NCBI GenBank assembly: GCA_015067485.1
Contig: SVMJ01000008.1
Coordinates: 3,583-67,582, forward strand
Origin: Oscillospiraceae bacterium
GTDB lineage: Bacteria; Bacillota; Clostridia; Oscillospirales; JAAYXM01
Direction: 5' to 3'
Length of the DNA: 64,000 bases
In this document: positions 29,671-39,175 of the stretch, in pieces
Layout: each line of letters opens with the position of its first letter
How positions within the stretch are numbered: the stretch's first letter is position 1
Translations under genes and position numbers: made by a program
The notes under the pieces: model-generated
What the model saw: the letters and a program-made list of their open reading frames with translations, nothing else
Told to the model about the DNA's origin: nothing
Databases searched by the model: none

Positions 29671-31515
29671 ATGAAACTTTATCGAAACGATGCGCCGATT
29701 TGCTTCGCAAAAAGCGAACTCGAGCGTATTCTTCCGCAGATGACAGATGCGGATCTTAGCGGACTTCAATTGGGGCTACTCCAAGATTTTCCGCAGATCA
29801 CACCCAAGAACACTGCGCCGACTCCGCTTGACGATGAAATCTATCTCAATGTTTCCGGCTTTTGCGGCATCATCGCAGGTAACAATCCGCGCGCAGTTCT
29901 GATTGCGGCGTACCGTTATCTCACCGAACTTGGCGTCCGTTTTTTGAATGTGGGGCGTGACGGGGAGAAAATTCCGAAGACTTGTGATGAAACACATACT
30001 GTGAAGATTCATGAAATCCCGTCTTATCGCCATCGCGGGGTATGCATTGAAGGCGCGGTCAGCGTAGAAAACGTGATCGAGATGGTGGATTTCCTGCCCA
30101 AACTCGGCATGAATACATACTTCATCCAGTTCCGCGAAGCGCATACCTTTTTTGAACGTTGGTACAGCCATACATTCAACCTGTTTGCGGATCATCCCGA
30201 ATATACCGTGGAAGAGTCCCGCGCATATGTGCGCGATGTGGAAAATGCAATGCGTGAACGCGGTATCGTCTATCAGGCGGTGGGACATGGATGGACTTGT
30301 GAGCCGTTTGGTGTCCCGGGTCTCGGTTGGGATAAATGGACCGATGAAATCGCACCCGAAGTGCTGGAAAATTTCGCAATGGTAAACGGGGTTCGCGGAC
30401 TTGCTGACGGAATCACACTCAACACCCATGCGTGCTATTCTAATCCGAAAGTGCGTCAGACCATCATCGACGATATTTGTCGTTATGTAAAAGACCATCC
30501 CACGCTGAACGTGTTGCATTTCTGGCTGGCTGACGGGGTCAACTGCGTTTGCGAATGTGAAAATTGCAAAAAAATGCGCCCGTCCGATATGTATATCACG
30601 TTGCTCAACGACATTGACGAAGCACTCGCAAAGCAGGGAAGCGATATCAAAGTGGTCTTCCTGTTGTATCTCGATCTGCTTTGGCCGCCACTTGAGCAAA
30701 AACTCAAAAATCCCGACCGCTTTATCATGATGTTCGCACCCATTACCCGTTCGTATAATTCGGGGTTTGGCGGGGGAGATGCGGTTCCGGAGCTCGACCC
30801 CTATGTGTACAACGACATCATCCTGCCGAATGAGCCGAGCAAGAATGTGGCATACCTGCGCGCTTGGCAGGAAGCATTCGGGGGCGACTCGTTTGATTAC
30901 GACTACCACTATATGTGGGCGTTTGCGTATGATCCGGGCATGATCAAACTCGCCCGCGTGCTCTCGGAAGACATCAAGAATTTGAAAGTGCTGGGTCTTG
31001 ACGGGTTCATCAGTTGCCAGATCGGACGCGTCATGTTTCCAAACGGGTTGAATATGACCGTGATGGGGAAAACCCTGTGGGATCGTACCGCGTCGTTTGA
31101 GAATATCTGCGCCGAGTATTTCCGAGACTGTTATGGGGAGCAAGGAGAACAGATTCAGACCTATTTGGGAGAACTTTCCACCCGTTTCTCCGCGTTGGAT
31201 CTTGAAGTGTACAACTTTTCGGGAAGTAACGGCAGTGCATTTGAACCCAATCCCGAAAAGGCAAAAGCCGCAGCGGAAACCCGTGCGTTTTTGGAAGCAC
31301 AACCTGCGTTTTCCGATCGCGCGCTGGAAATGCATAGACAGTACTGCATCAAGTTGTGCGGTCTGATGGAAGCACTCTACTTGGGTGATGACGCTTTGGG
31401 CAAGGCAAAAGCGGAAGTCTTGCGCCGCCATGTTTGGGAAACCGAAAAAGAGTTCCAAAACATCTTTGACGGTTGGAGTTATGAAAACGTCTACAGAACT
31501 CTGTGGAAAATCTAA
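29671..31515 (+). CDS. DUF4838-like putative glycoside-hydrolase-fold protein, no signal peptide
   Basis: GH20/GH67-type N-domain (IAGNNPRAVLIAAYRYL..LGVRF, PSYRHRG); WLADG.NCVCECENC. Confidence 0.65.
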   Translation: MKLYRNDAPICFAKSELERILPQMTDADLSGLQLGLLQDFPQITPKNTAPTPLDDEIYLNVSGFCGIIAGNNPRAVLIAAYRYLTELGVRFLNVGRDGEKIPKTCDETHTVKIHEIPSYRHRGVCIEGAVSVENVIEMVDFLPKLGMNTYFIQFREAHTFFERWYSHTFNLFADHPEYTVEESRAYVRDVENAMRERGIVYQAVGHGWTCEPFGVPGLGWDKWTDEIAPEVLENFAMVNGVRGLADGITLNTHACYSNPKVRQTIIDDICRYVKDHPTLNVLHFWLADGVNCVCECENCKKMRPSDMYITLLNDIDEALAKQGSDIKVVFLLYLDLLWPPLEQKLKNPDRFIMMFAPITRSYNSGFGGGDAVPELDPYVYNDIILPNEPSKNVAYLRAWQEAFGGDSFDYDYHYMWAFAYDPGMIKLARVLSEDIKNLKVLGLDGFISCQIGRVMFPNGLNMTVMGKTLWDRTASFENICAEYFRDCYGEQGEQIQTYLGELSTRFSALDLEVYNFSGSNGSAFEPNPEKAKAAAETRAFLEAQPAFSDRALEMHRQYCIKLCGLMEALYLGDDALGKAKAEVLRRHVWETEKEFQNIFDGWSYENVYRTLWKI

Positions 31516-31518
31516 GAC

Positions 31519-31556
31519 AAAAAACTGCTGTGTCATTCGACACAGCAGTTTTTTTG
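31519..31556. terminator. Bidirectional intrinsic terminator
   Basis: aaaaaactgctgtgtc-attc-gacacagcagttttttt. Confidence 0.85.
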
Positions 31557-32084
31557 TTAAATTTGATGACGGGTAACGGAGTTTACCACTTTCAGCACCA
31601 GGAAGATTAAAGTAACTTCCAAGGGCAGAAGGATCAGGTTTTTGCCCAGTCGCGCGGGAAGCATGGCAAGGTATCCTTCACCGTACAGTCCTGCAAGCCA
31701 GTAGGTGTTGAGCAAAAGGTTTAAGAAGATGTTGATACATGCTTTTGATACGATCACGCGCCACAGTTTCAGTTTTTTCTTGTAGAGAAAGAGACCGAAG
31801 ACCAAGCCGGTCAGCATGGTGGTGAGCACGATGCCGAAATGGATGGGTGCGGGATTGGGACGCAGGAAGTATGCCAGAAAATCGGCAAGACCTGCGCCGA
31901 TGAATGCAGCACTCGGACCGAGTAGCATACCCATTACAGCAAGCGGCAAGTACGTGAATGTGAACTTGACCGACGGCGTGATGTAGACCGCACAGAAGTT
32001 GAGCACTACATATACCGCAATCATCAGTGCACACGTGGTGATACCGCGAATCTTCCTCAGTTCGCGCATGGATGAAAGAAACAT
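31557..32084 (-). CDS. folT: Folate ECF transporter S component
   Basis: Hydrophobic ECF S pattern (GMLLGP..A..G...DFL..F, LLNTYWL..LYG...LPARL.KN) and upstream THF riboswitch. Confidence 0.9.
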   Translation of the reverse strand: MFLSSMRELRKIRGITTCALMIAVYVVLNFCAVYITPSVKFTFTYLPLAVMGMLLGPSAAFIGAGLADFLAYFLRPNPAPIHFGIVLTTMLTGLVFGLFLYKKKLKLWRVIVSKACINIFLNLLLNTYWLAGLYGEGYLAMLPARLGKNLILLPLEVTLIFLVLKVVNSVTRHQI

Positions 32085-32143
32085 AAAAACCCCCTCCTTT
32101 GGCATTTAGTTACCACAAAGAGGGGGGTTCAAACCTTCCATGT

Positions 32144-32244
32144 GGCAGCGGGATGCGGAATCTGTACGGCAGCGCATTGGCGCTTTCGTCTGCGCAACAA
32201 CTCCCCGTTTGCACAGCACTTCACCCACAGAGACCTACTCTGCC
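32144..32244 (-). ncRNA. THF (tetrahydrofolate) riboswitch aptamer
   Basis: Minus strand GGCAGAGTAG..GAAGTGC..GGGAGTTG..ACGAAA..CGCATCCCGCTGCC fits the THF consensus; directly upstream of folT; downstream hairpin covers the RBS. Confidence 0.88.
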
Positions 32245-32293
32245 CTGACAGGAAATATTATACACCTGTATTCATAGGTTTGCAAGGTTTTCT

Positions 32294-34882
32294 TTATTTT
32301 GTTGCAACTGTGAGCGCGCTTCCGTTAAAATCCACGATGATCTCGGTGTGCGGAGCAAGGTCTTCCGCGAGAATCGTTTTGCCCACCAGGGTTTCCACAC
32401 GGCTCTGCAGGAACCGTTTGAGCGGACGCGCACCGTAGATCGGATCATAGCCGGAATCGATGACAAACTCCTTTGCTGCATCGGTCATGGAAAGGGTGAG
32501 TTGCTTTGCGGAAAGACGTTTTTGCAGATCAACCAGCAAGAGATCCACGATTTGCGTGATTTCGGCTTTGGTGAGCGGTTTGTAGAACACGGTGGCATCC
32601 AAACGGTTGAGAAACTCGGGACGGAACTGCAACTTCAGCAAGGAAGAGACACGGTTGCGGGTCTCTTCTGTGATCTCGCCGTTTGCACCGATGCCGTCTA
32701 AAATTTCACCGGATCCCAAATTGGAAGTCAAGATCAAAATGGTGTTTTTGAAATCCACCGTGCGACCTTGGGAATCGGTGATGCGCCCGTCATCCAGTAC
32801 CTGGAGTAGTACGTGGAACACGTCGGGGTGTGCCTTTTCCACTTCGTCAAACAGAACCACCGAGTATGGGCGTTTGCGCACCGCTTCGGTGAGTTGTCCT
32901 CCTTCTTCGTATCCGATGTATCCGGGAGGCGCACCGATCAGACGAGAGACCGCGTGCTTTTCCATATACTCGCTCATGTCGATACGGATCAGACTGCGCT
33001 CGTCATCGAAGAGTGCTTCGGCAAGTGCTTTCGCAAGTTCGGTTTTGCCCACGCCCGTGGGACCCAAGAACAGGAACGAGCCGATCGGGCGTTTGGGATC
33101 ACCGATACCGGCACGCGAGCGGATAATCGCATCTGCCACTTCGCGTACCGCTTGGTCTTGTCCGATGACGCGCTGATGTAAAATGTCGTCCAGATGCAAG
33201 AGTTTTTCACGCTCGCCCTCCATGAGTTTGGCGACCGGGATTCCCGTCCATCTGCCCACAATGCGGGCGATTTCTTCTTCGGTGACTTTATCACGGAGCA
33301 GGGGGTCCGCTTGTGCAGTTTCCGCAAGCGCTTCTTCGCTTTCCAATTCTTTCTTGAGTTCGGGGAGACGACCGTATTTGAGTTCTGCTGCGCGGTTTAA
33401 GTCATACTTCATCTCGGCTTGCTCAATTTCCGCGTTGATCTGTTCCAGTTCTTCGCGGAGTTTCTGCACCTTGTTGATGGCGTTCTTTTCGTTTTCCCAT
33501 CGCGCTTTCATTTCGTGGAACTCAGAGCGTAGTTGCGCGAGTTCCTTTTGAATCTCTGCGAGGTGTTCTTTGGACAAAGAATCCGTCTCTTTTTTGAGCG
33601 CGGCTTCTTCGATTTCATACTGCATGATTTTGCGCGATGCTTCGTCGAGCTCCTGCGGCATAGAATCCATCTCGGTACGGATCATGGCGCACGCTTCGTC
33701 CACCAAGTCGATTGCCTTGTCGGGAAGGTATCGGTCTGCAATATAGCGGTTGGACAGAGTGGCCGCAGCAATGAGTGCCTGGTCATGGATCTGTACCCCG
33801 TGATATACTTCGTAGCGTTCTTTCAGACCACGCAGGATGGAGATGGTGTCTTCCACAGTCGGTTCATCCACCAAGACCGGCTGGAATCTGCGCTCGAGTG
33901 CTGCATCTTTTTCGATATACAGGCGGTATTCGTTGAGCGTGGTTGCGCCGATACAATGGAGTTCACCGCGTGCCAGCAAAGGCTTTAAGAGATTCCCTGC
34001 ATCCATCGCACCGTCGGTTTTTCCCGCACCCACGATGGTGTGCAGTTCGTCAATGAAGAGAATGATGCGACCTTCACTTTTCTTGACCTCTTCCAGAACC
34101 GCTTTCAGGCGTTCTTCAAATTCACCGCGGAATTTTGCACCCGCGATCAGCGCACCCATATCAAGTGAGAAGATACTGCGGTCTTTGAGCGACGCCGGTA
34201 CATCTCCGCGCACGATACGAAGCGCAAGTCCTTCTGCGATGGCGGTCTTGCCTACGCCCGGTTCACCGATCAGCACCGGGTTGTTTTTGGTCTTGCGCGA
34301 AAGGATACGGATGACGTTGCGAATTTCCTGGTCGCGACCGATGACCGGGTCCAACTTCTGATTGCGTGCGAGTGCGACAAGGTCAGTCGCATATTTTCCA
34401 AGCGCATCATAAGTGTCTTCCGGAGTGTCATTGGTCACACGGGCATTCCCACGCACCGCGGAGAGTGCTTTTAGGAATCCGTCTTTGGTGATTTGGTATA
34501 AGCGGAAAAATTCGCGCACGGAATCGCTTGGATGCTCCAAGAGCCCGAGCATGAGATGCTCGACCGAAATATAGTCGTCCTTCATGCGCTTTGCCTGGGT
34601 TTCCGCAAAGGCGAGTGCGCGGTCGAGCGACTGGGAGAGATAGACGTTGGATTGATTTGCAAGTTTGGGGAGTTTCTCAATCTCTTTTCGCAGAGTTGCG
34701 GTGGCGGAATCAAGCTCCACATTCATCGCGGTAAAAAGCTGCGGGATGAGCCCCTGCTCTTGAGTTGAGAGCGCATAAAGCAAATGGATTTGATCGACCT
34801 GCGTGTTTCCGTATTCTACAGCAAGGCGTTGAGCAGACTGCAGCACTTCAAGAGATTTTTGTGTTAAGTTCTGTGCATTCAT
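32294..34882 (-). CDS. clpB: ATP-dependent disaggregase ClpB
   Basis: [17 protein letters not shown], long coiled-coil middle domain ([11 protein letters not shown]), YGARPL. Confidence 0.96.
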   Translation of the reverse strand: MNAQNLTQKSLEVLQSAQRLAVEYGNTQVDQIHLLYALSTQEQGLIPQLFTAMNVELDSATATLRKEIEKLPKLANQSNVYLSQSLDRALAFAETQAKRMKDDYISVEHLMLGLLEHPSDSVREFFRLYQITKDGFLKALSAVRGNARVTNDTPEDTYDALGKYATDLVALARNQKLDPVIGRDQEIRNVIRILSRKTKNNPVLIGEPGVGKTAIAEGLALRIVRGDVPASLKDRSIFSLDMGALIAGAKFRGEFEERLKAVLEEVKKSEGRIILFIDELHTIVGAGKTDGAMDAGNLLKPLLARGELHCIGATTLNEYRLYIEKDAALERRFQPVLVDEPTVEDTISILRGLKERYEVYHGVQIHDQALIAAATLSNRYIADRYLPDKAIDLVDEACAMIRTEMDSMPQELDEASRKIMQYEIEEAALKKETDSLSKEHLAEIQKELAQLRSEFHEMKARWENEKNAINKVQKLREELEQINAEIEQAEMKYDLNRAAELKYGRLPELKKELESEEALAETAQADPLLRDKVTEEEIARIVGRWTGIPVAKLMEGEREKLLHLDDILHQRVIGQDQAVREVADAIIRSRAGIGDPKRPIGSFLFLGPTGVGKTELAKALAEALFDDERSLIRIDMSEYMEKHAVSRLIGAPPGYIGYEEGGQLTEAVRKRPYSVVLFDEVEKAHPDVFHVLLQVLDDGRITDSQGRTVDFKNTILILTSNLGSGEILDGIGANGEITEETRNRVSSLLKLQFRPEFLNRLDATVFYKPLTKAEITQIVDLLLVDLQKRLSAKQLTLSMTDAAKEFVIDSGYDPIYGARPLKRFLQSRVETLVGKTILAEDLAPHTEIIVDFNGSALTVATK

Positions 34883-34894
34883 CAAAAGCACCTC

Positions 34895-35530
34895 CTAATA
34901 AATCAAGGGATTTCTGCGCCGATATTCGGCATAACGCGATCCGATCAAGCGAATGTTAGCTGGATCGTCAAAAAACAGTTTCAAGGAAGAGTCAAACAAA
35001 GTGATATACTTTGCACACGCATCCGCAAGGGTCTCGGCATCTGCCGAGAGTTCGTTTGTATAGAGTTTTCTCACAAAGCGGTTGGGGGAGATTTCGTATG
35101 AAATGTTTTTGCCAAGGACGGTTTGTTCCAGTCGTGCCCACTCAATGTAGAACCGTGTCAAATGTTCCAGCAGGGCAGGACTCTTCGTGCGAAAGAACAC
35201 GCGCAGTTCCCCAAATGCATCCGACTGATCGCGATATAGCGCGAGTTGATAGCGGATGGTGGGGTTGTATTTATACCGCAGGGAACTTTGCAGAGATAGC
35301 ATGGAGTCGCCCTGTTGCAAATTGAGTTTGAATCCGTCGATCATGCGGATCGCGTTCTCCAAATGCGAGAAGATGTCCGACATCCGCTTTTCCGGAGTGG
35401 TGAGCGAAAGAGATTCTGCCAAAAGTTGATTGATCATATTGCTGCGACTGGTTCCGTGCGTATAGGCAAGGCGGTCCACTTCTTCCACCAAACGGTCCAT
35501 CAAAACCAGACTGTATACACTTTTACTCAT
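34895..35530 (-). CDS. Ribbon-helix-helix (CopG-like) domain protein with uncharacterised C-terminal domain
   Basis: MSKSVYSLVLMDRLVEEVDRLAYTHGTSRSNMINQLL beta-alpha-alpha pattern. Confidence 0.7.
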   Translation of the reverse strand: MSKSVYSLVLMDRLVEEVDRLAYTHGTSRSNMINQLLAESLSLTTPEKRMSDIFSHLENAIRMIDGFKLNLQQGDSMLSLQSSLRYKYNPTIRYQLALYRDQSDAFGELRVFFRTKSPALLEHLTRFYIEWARLEQTVLGKNISYEISPNRFVRKLYTNELSADAETLADACAKYITLFDSSLKLFFDDPANIRLIGSRYAEYRRRNPLIY

Positions 35531-35558
35531 CAGATCACATCCTTTTCTTTCTGAGTTT

Positions 35559-35595
35559 AGTATAACACGGTTTAATAATTTGTCAATCAAATTAT
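35559..35595 (-). promoter_or_regulatory. Sigma-A promoter for RHH-clpB with palindrome over -35
   Basis: Minus strand TTGACA-16-TATACT with extended TG; ATAATTTG-N5-CAAATTAT at 35575-35595. Confidence 0.65.
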
Positions 35596-35667
35596 ATAAA
35601 TTTTTAAACAAAGTTTACAAAAAGGAGAAGATGTGATACACTGATGGAGATTGAAAGGAGGTGCGAT

Positions 35668-36393
35668 ATGGCTGGGTTTCGTTTGGATCGCCTGCTCAGC
35701 GCGAGCGGAAAGTACACGCGGAGCGAAGCGAAGGATCTGATCCGAAAAGGGAAGGTTACGGTCGACGGAGTTTGTGTTACAAAGGCGGAAACAAAGTGTG
35801 AAGACCTTGCAGATATTATCGTGTGCGGCGTACCCCTGAATTTCAGAGAATATCATTATATTATGCTCAACAAACCTGCGGGTGTTTTGTCGGCAACCGA
35901 AGACCGACGGGATACGGTAGCGTTGGAGCTACTCTCTGAGCAGTATCGCGCACTGAAACTATTTCCTGCGGGAAGACTGGACAAAGACGCGGAAGGTTTT
36001 TTGCTTCTCACCAATGACGGGAAACTTGCACATGGGTTGATGAGTCCGCGTCGTCATGTGGATAAATGTTATTATGTGAGAGTAGCCGGAAGTCTCGATG
36101 ACACCGATTGCACCGCGTTTGAACACGGGGTCATCATCGACGGGGATTATCAAACCATGCCGGCAAAACTCGAGATTTTGAAGAGCGGAGATGAGTCTGA
36201 GGCGTGCGTTACCGTGCAGGAAGGCAGATTCCACCAGGTAAAGAAGATGTTTCTCTCACGTGGGAAATGCGTGCTTTATCTCAAACGCCTTTCCATTGCG
36301 GGCGTGCGTTTGGATGACGCTCTGAACCCCGGGGAATACCGCGTGCTCACCGAAGAGGAAGAAGCACAGATGAAACGGGAGATCGAGTCTTAA
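35668..36393 (+). CDS. RsuA-family pseudouridine synthase
   Basis: S4 domain RLDRLL, LNKPAG, AGRLDKD, EGRFHQVK. Confidence 0.92.
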   Translation: MAGFRLDRLLSASGKYTRSEAKDLIRKGKVTVDGVCVTKAETKCEDLADIIVCGVPLNFREYHYIMLNKPAGVLSATEDRRDTVALELLSEQYRALKLFPAGRLDKDAEGFLLLTNDGKLAHGLMSPRRHVDKCYYVRVAGSLDDTDCTAFEHGVIIDGDYQTMPAKLEILKSGDESEACVTVQEGRFHQVKKMFLSRGKCVLYLKRLSIAGVRLDDALNPGEYRVLTEEEEAQMKREIES

Positions 36394-36528
36394 CAAGGCA
36401 GATTGCACAAAGGATGATAGAAAGATTTGTTACTTCCGTGACTATACGGGAGTGAAAAAACATGGTATCATGGTATACATAAAGAAAAGGCTATTTATGC
36501 CCGAAAGAAATATTGGAGGTTGCTCACA

Positions 36529-37641
36529 ATGTCTAGTTTGTCCTTGAAAAACATTTATAAGCGTTTTGCCGGCGGCGTAACTGCAGTTTCCGATTTCAAC
36601 ATTGATATCGAAGACAAAGAGTTCGTCATTTTGGTTGGTCCGTCCGGTTGCGGTAAGTCCACCACTCTGCGTATGATCGCAGGTTTGGAAGAGATTTCCG
36701 AAGGTGAACTCTACATCGATGACACTTTGGTCAACGATATCGCACCGAAGGATCGCGACATCGCAATGGTGTTCCAGAACTACGCTTTGTATCCGCATAT
36801 GACCGTTTATGAAAACATGGCATTCGGTCTGAAACTCCGCAAGACCCCGAAGGATGAAATCCGCCGCCGTGTTGAAGAAGCAGCACGCATCTTGGAAATC
36901 GACCACTTGCTCGACCGTAAGCCGAAGGCTCTCTCCGGTGGTCAGCGTCAGCGTGTCGCACTCGGTCGTGCAATCGTTCGTCAGCCGAAGGTCTTCCTGC
37001 TTGACGAACCGCTTTCCAATCTCGACGCAAAGCTCCGTGCTTCCATGCGTTCCGAGCTTTCCAAACTCCATCAGAAGTTGGCAACCACCTTCATCTACGT
37101 TACCCACGACCAGGTCGAAGCAATGACCATGGGTACCCGTATCGTTGTTATGAAGGACGGTTTCGTTCAGCAGATCGCTGCTCCGGATGTTCTTTACAAC
37201 ACTCCGGCAAATCTCTTCGTTGCAACCTTCATGGGTTCTCCGCAGATGAACACCTTCGAAGCAAAGCTCACTGAAGAAAACGGCGTAACCTACGCTTGCT
37301 TCGGCGATGTTAAGATTGCTCTGCCGGAAGGCAAGGGCAGAAAGCCGGAAGTTCTTTCCTACATCGGCAAGGAAGTCATCTTGGGCATCCGTCCGGAAGA
37401 CATCCATGACGAAGAAATCTTCCTCAGCCAGTATCCGGATGCACAGGCAGATGCAGTTGTTGACGTCTCCGAAATGATGGGTGCTGAAACCCATTTGCAT
37501 CTTAACTGCGCAGGTATCAACATGGTTGCTCGCGTTTCCCCGCGTGCACACACCAAGATCGGCGACAACATCAAGATCGTCTTCAACACAAACAAGATCC
37601 ATCTCTTCGACAAGGAAACCGAAAAGGTTATCACCAACTAA
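36529..37641 (+). CDS. msmX: Sugar ABC transporter ATPase (MsmX/MalK/UgpC type), no cognate permease nearby
   Basis: GPSGCGKST, VFQNYALYPHM, LSGGQRQR, DEPLSNLDAKLR, C-terminal TOBE region (LGIRPE). Confidence 0.88.
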   Translation: MSSLSLKNIYKRFAGGVTAVSDFNIDIEDKEFVILVGPSGCGKSTTLRMIAGLEEISEGELYIDDTLVNDIAPKDRDIAMVFQNYALYPHMTVYENMAFGLKLRKTPKDEIRRRVEEAARILEIDHLLDRKPKALSGGQRQRVALGRAIVRQPKVFLLDEPLSNLDAKLRASMRSELSKLHQKLATTFIYVTHDQVEAMTMGTRIVVMKDGFVQQIAAPDVLYNTPANLFVATFMGSPQMNTFEAKLTEENGVTYACFGDVKIALPEGKGRKPEVLSYIGKEVILGIRPEDIHDEEIFLSQYPDAQADAVVDVSEMMGAETHLHLNCAGINMVARVSPRAHTKIGDNIKIVFNTNKIHLFDKETEKVITN

Positions 37642-37651
37642 GTTTTCGTGG

Positions 37652-37962
37652 AAAGCGCCTCAAAGCAACTCGCTTTCGGCGGCTTCAGTTAGGGAGAAAA
37701 TGGTTTTGGACCGTTCTTTTCCGCAAATACTGCATCAAAAAAACACCGTAATCCGTCAGATTACGGTGTTTTTGTTCTTTGTCTTTGCGAAAAAGTTCAC
37801 GCCCAAAACTGCTACGCATCCTAAAACGAGGATTTCGTGATTCGGAGCGAGCAAAAATTGCGAGAGAATCCTGGCGGATCTTGAGCGATTTTTGGGATGC
37901 TACGGACTCGAAATACCGTTTTAGGACAATTGATCCCTAACTGAAGACGCCGTTGGCGCTTT
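37652..37962. repeat. Nested palindromic intergenic element (REPIN/MITE-like or structured RNA)
   Basis: Outer IRs 37652-37659/37955-37962 and 37677-37695/37934-37952 (18/19 match) enclose two long hairpins, 37702-37810 and 37819-37926. Confidence 0.8.
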
Positions 37963-38055
37963 TTTAGATTGTTTACATTCTTGTCATTGATTTTTCGACA
38001 AAAGTTTGCTATGATAATATATGTGTATAACTAAAATTATCATGGGGTGGTTTTG

Positions 38056-39144
38056 ATGTCCGGAAGAATGTTGCAGAGTGTTGTATTACAGATGAAGGAA
38101 GCAACAGATCGTATCATCGGCGTGTTGGATGCATCCGGTGCCGTGATCGCTTGTACCAACCTGTCTAAGATGGGGGAAAACAACGAACGCGCACTTAGTC
38201 TTTTGGAATCTGCGGAAACATGTGTGAAAAATAGCGGCTTCACCTACAAAGCACTTGCCTCATGGGGTATGCGCATCGACTACGCCGTGTTCGTGGAAGG
38301 GGAAGACGCACTTGCGGAAAGCCTGTGTCAGATGGCTGCAGTTGCGCTGAATAGTGCAAAGAAGTTCTACGACGAAAAACACGACAAAGCAACTTTCGTG
38401 AAAAACATCATTTTGGATAATATTCTCCCGGGCGATATCTATGTCCGCTCGAACGAACTGAACTTTGCGACTGATGTTCCCCGCGTGGTCTTTTTGATCC
38501 GTCAAACCGATAAGACCGACATTGCCGCGGTGGACGTTTTGGAGAATCTCTTCCCGGATAAGCAGCAGGATTTCGTTCTCAGCGTGAGCGAGAGCGATTT
38601 GGTGCTGGTCAAGGAAGTGCGCGCCAATGCGGGTGCGAAGGAATTTGTCAAACTGGCAAAGACCATTGAAGAAACACTCAATTCCGAACTGTTTGTGAAA
38701 ACCGTCATCGGCATCGGTACGGTTGCACCGAGTCTCAAAGACCTGTCGGTTTCCTATAAGGAAGCACAGAGCGCACTCGAAGTCGGAAAAGTGTTTGATA
38801 CCGAGAAGAACATCATCAGTTATGAAAACCTGGGCATCGGGCGCTTGATTTATCAGCTCCCGACAACCCTGTGTGAGATGTTCCTTTCCGAAGTGTTCAA
38901 AAAGAGCTCGATCGATGCGCTGGATCAGGAAACTCTGTTCACCATTCAGAAATTCTTTGAAAATAACTTGAACGTTTCCGAGACCTCTCGTAAACTCTTC
39001 GTTCACCGTAACACTCTGGTTTATCGCTTGGAGAAGATCAAGAAAATCACCGGTTTGGATTTGCGTGAATTTGACCATGCGATCGTCTTCAAAGTCGCTT
39101 TGATGGTTAAGAAATACTTATCGAACAACGAGATCGCTTTTTAA
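38056..39144 (+). CDS. CdaR/PucR-family transcriptional regulator
   Basis: N-terminal sensor IGVLDASGAVIAC; C-terminal HTH NLNVSETSRKLFVHRNTLVYRLEKI...TGLD. Confidence 0.9.
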   Translation: MSGRMLQSVVLQMKEATDRIIGVLDASGAVIACTNLSKMGENNERALSLLESAETCVKNSGFTYKALASWGMRIDYAVFVEGEDALAESLCQMAAVALNSAKKFYDEKHDKATFVKNIILDNILPGDIYVRSNELNFATDVPRVVFLIRQTDKTDIAAVDVLENLFPDKQQDFVLSVSESDLVLVKEVRANAGAKEFVKLAKTIEETLNSELFVKTVIGIGTVAPSLKDLSVSYKEAQSALEVGKVFDTEKNIISYENLGIGRLIYQLPTTLCEMFLSEVFKKSSIDALDQETLFTIQKFFENNLNVSETSRKLFVHRNTLVYRLEKIKKITGLDLREFDHAIVFKVALMVKKYLSNNEIAF

Positions 39145-39175
39145 GCATTTACGATAGAAAGGAAGGCCTTTGTAT

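Noticed and set aside
29776-31536. 586-aa minus-strand ORF
   Set aside because: Antisense shadow of the DUF4838-like gene; no motifs
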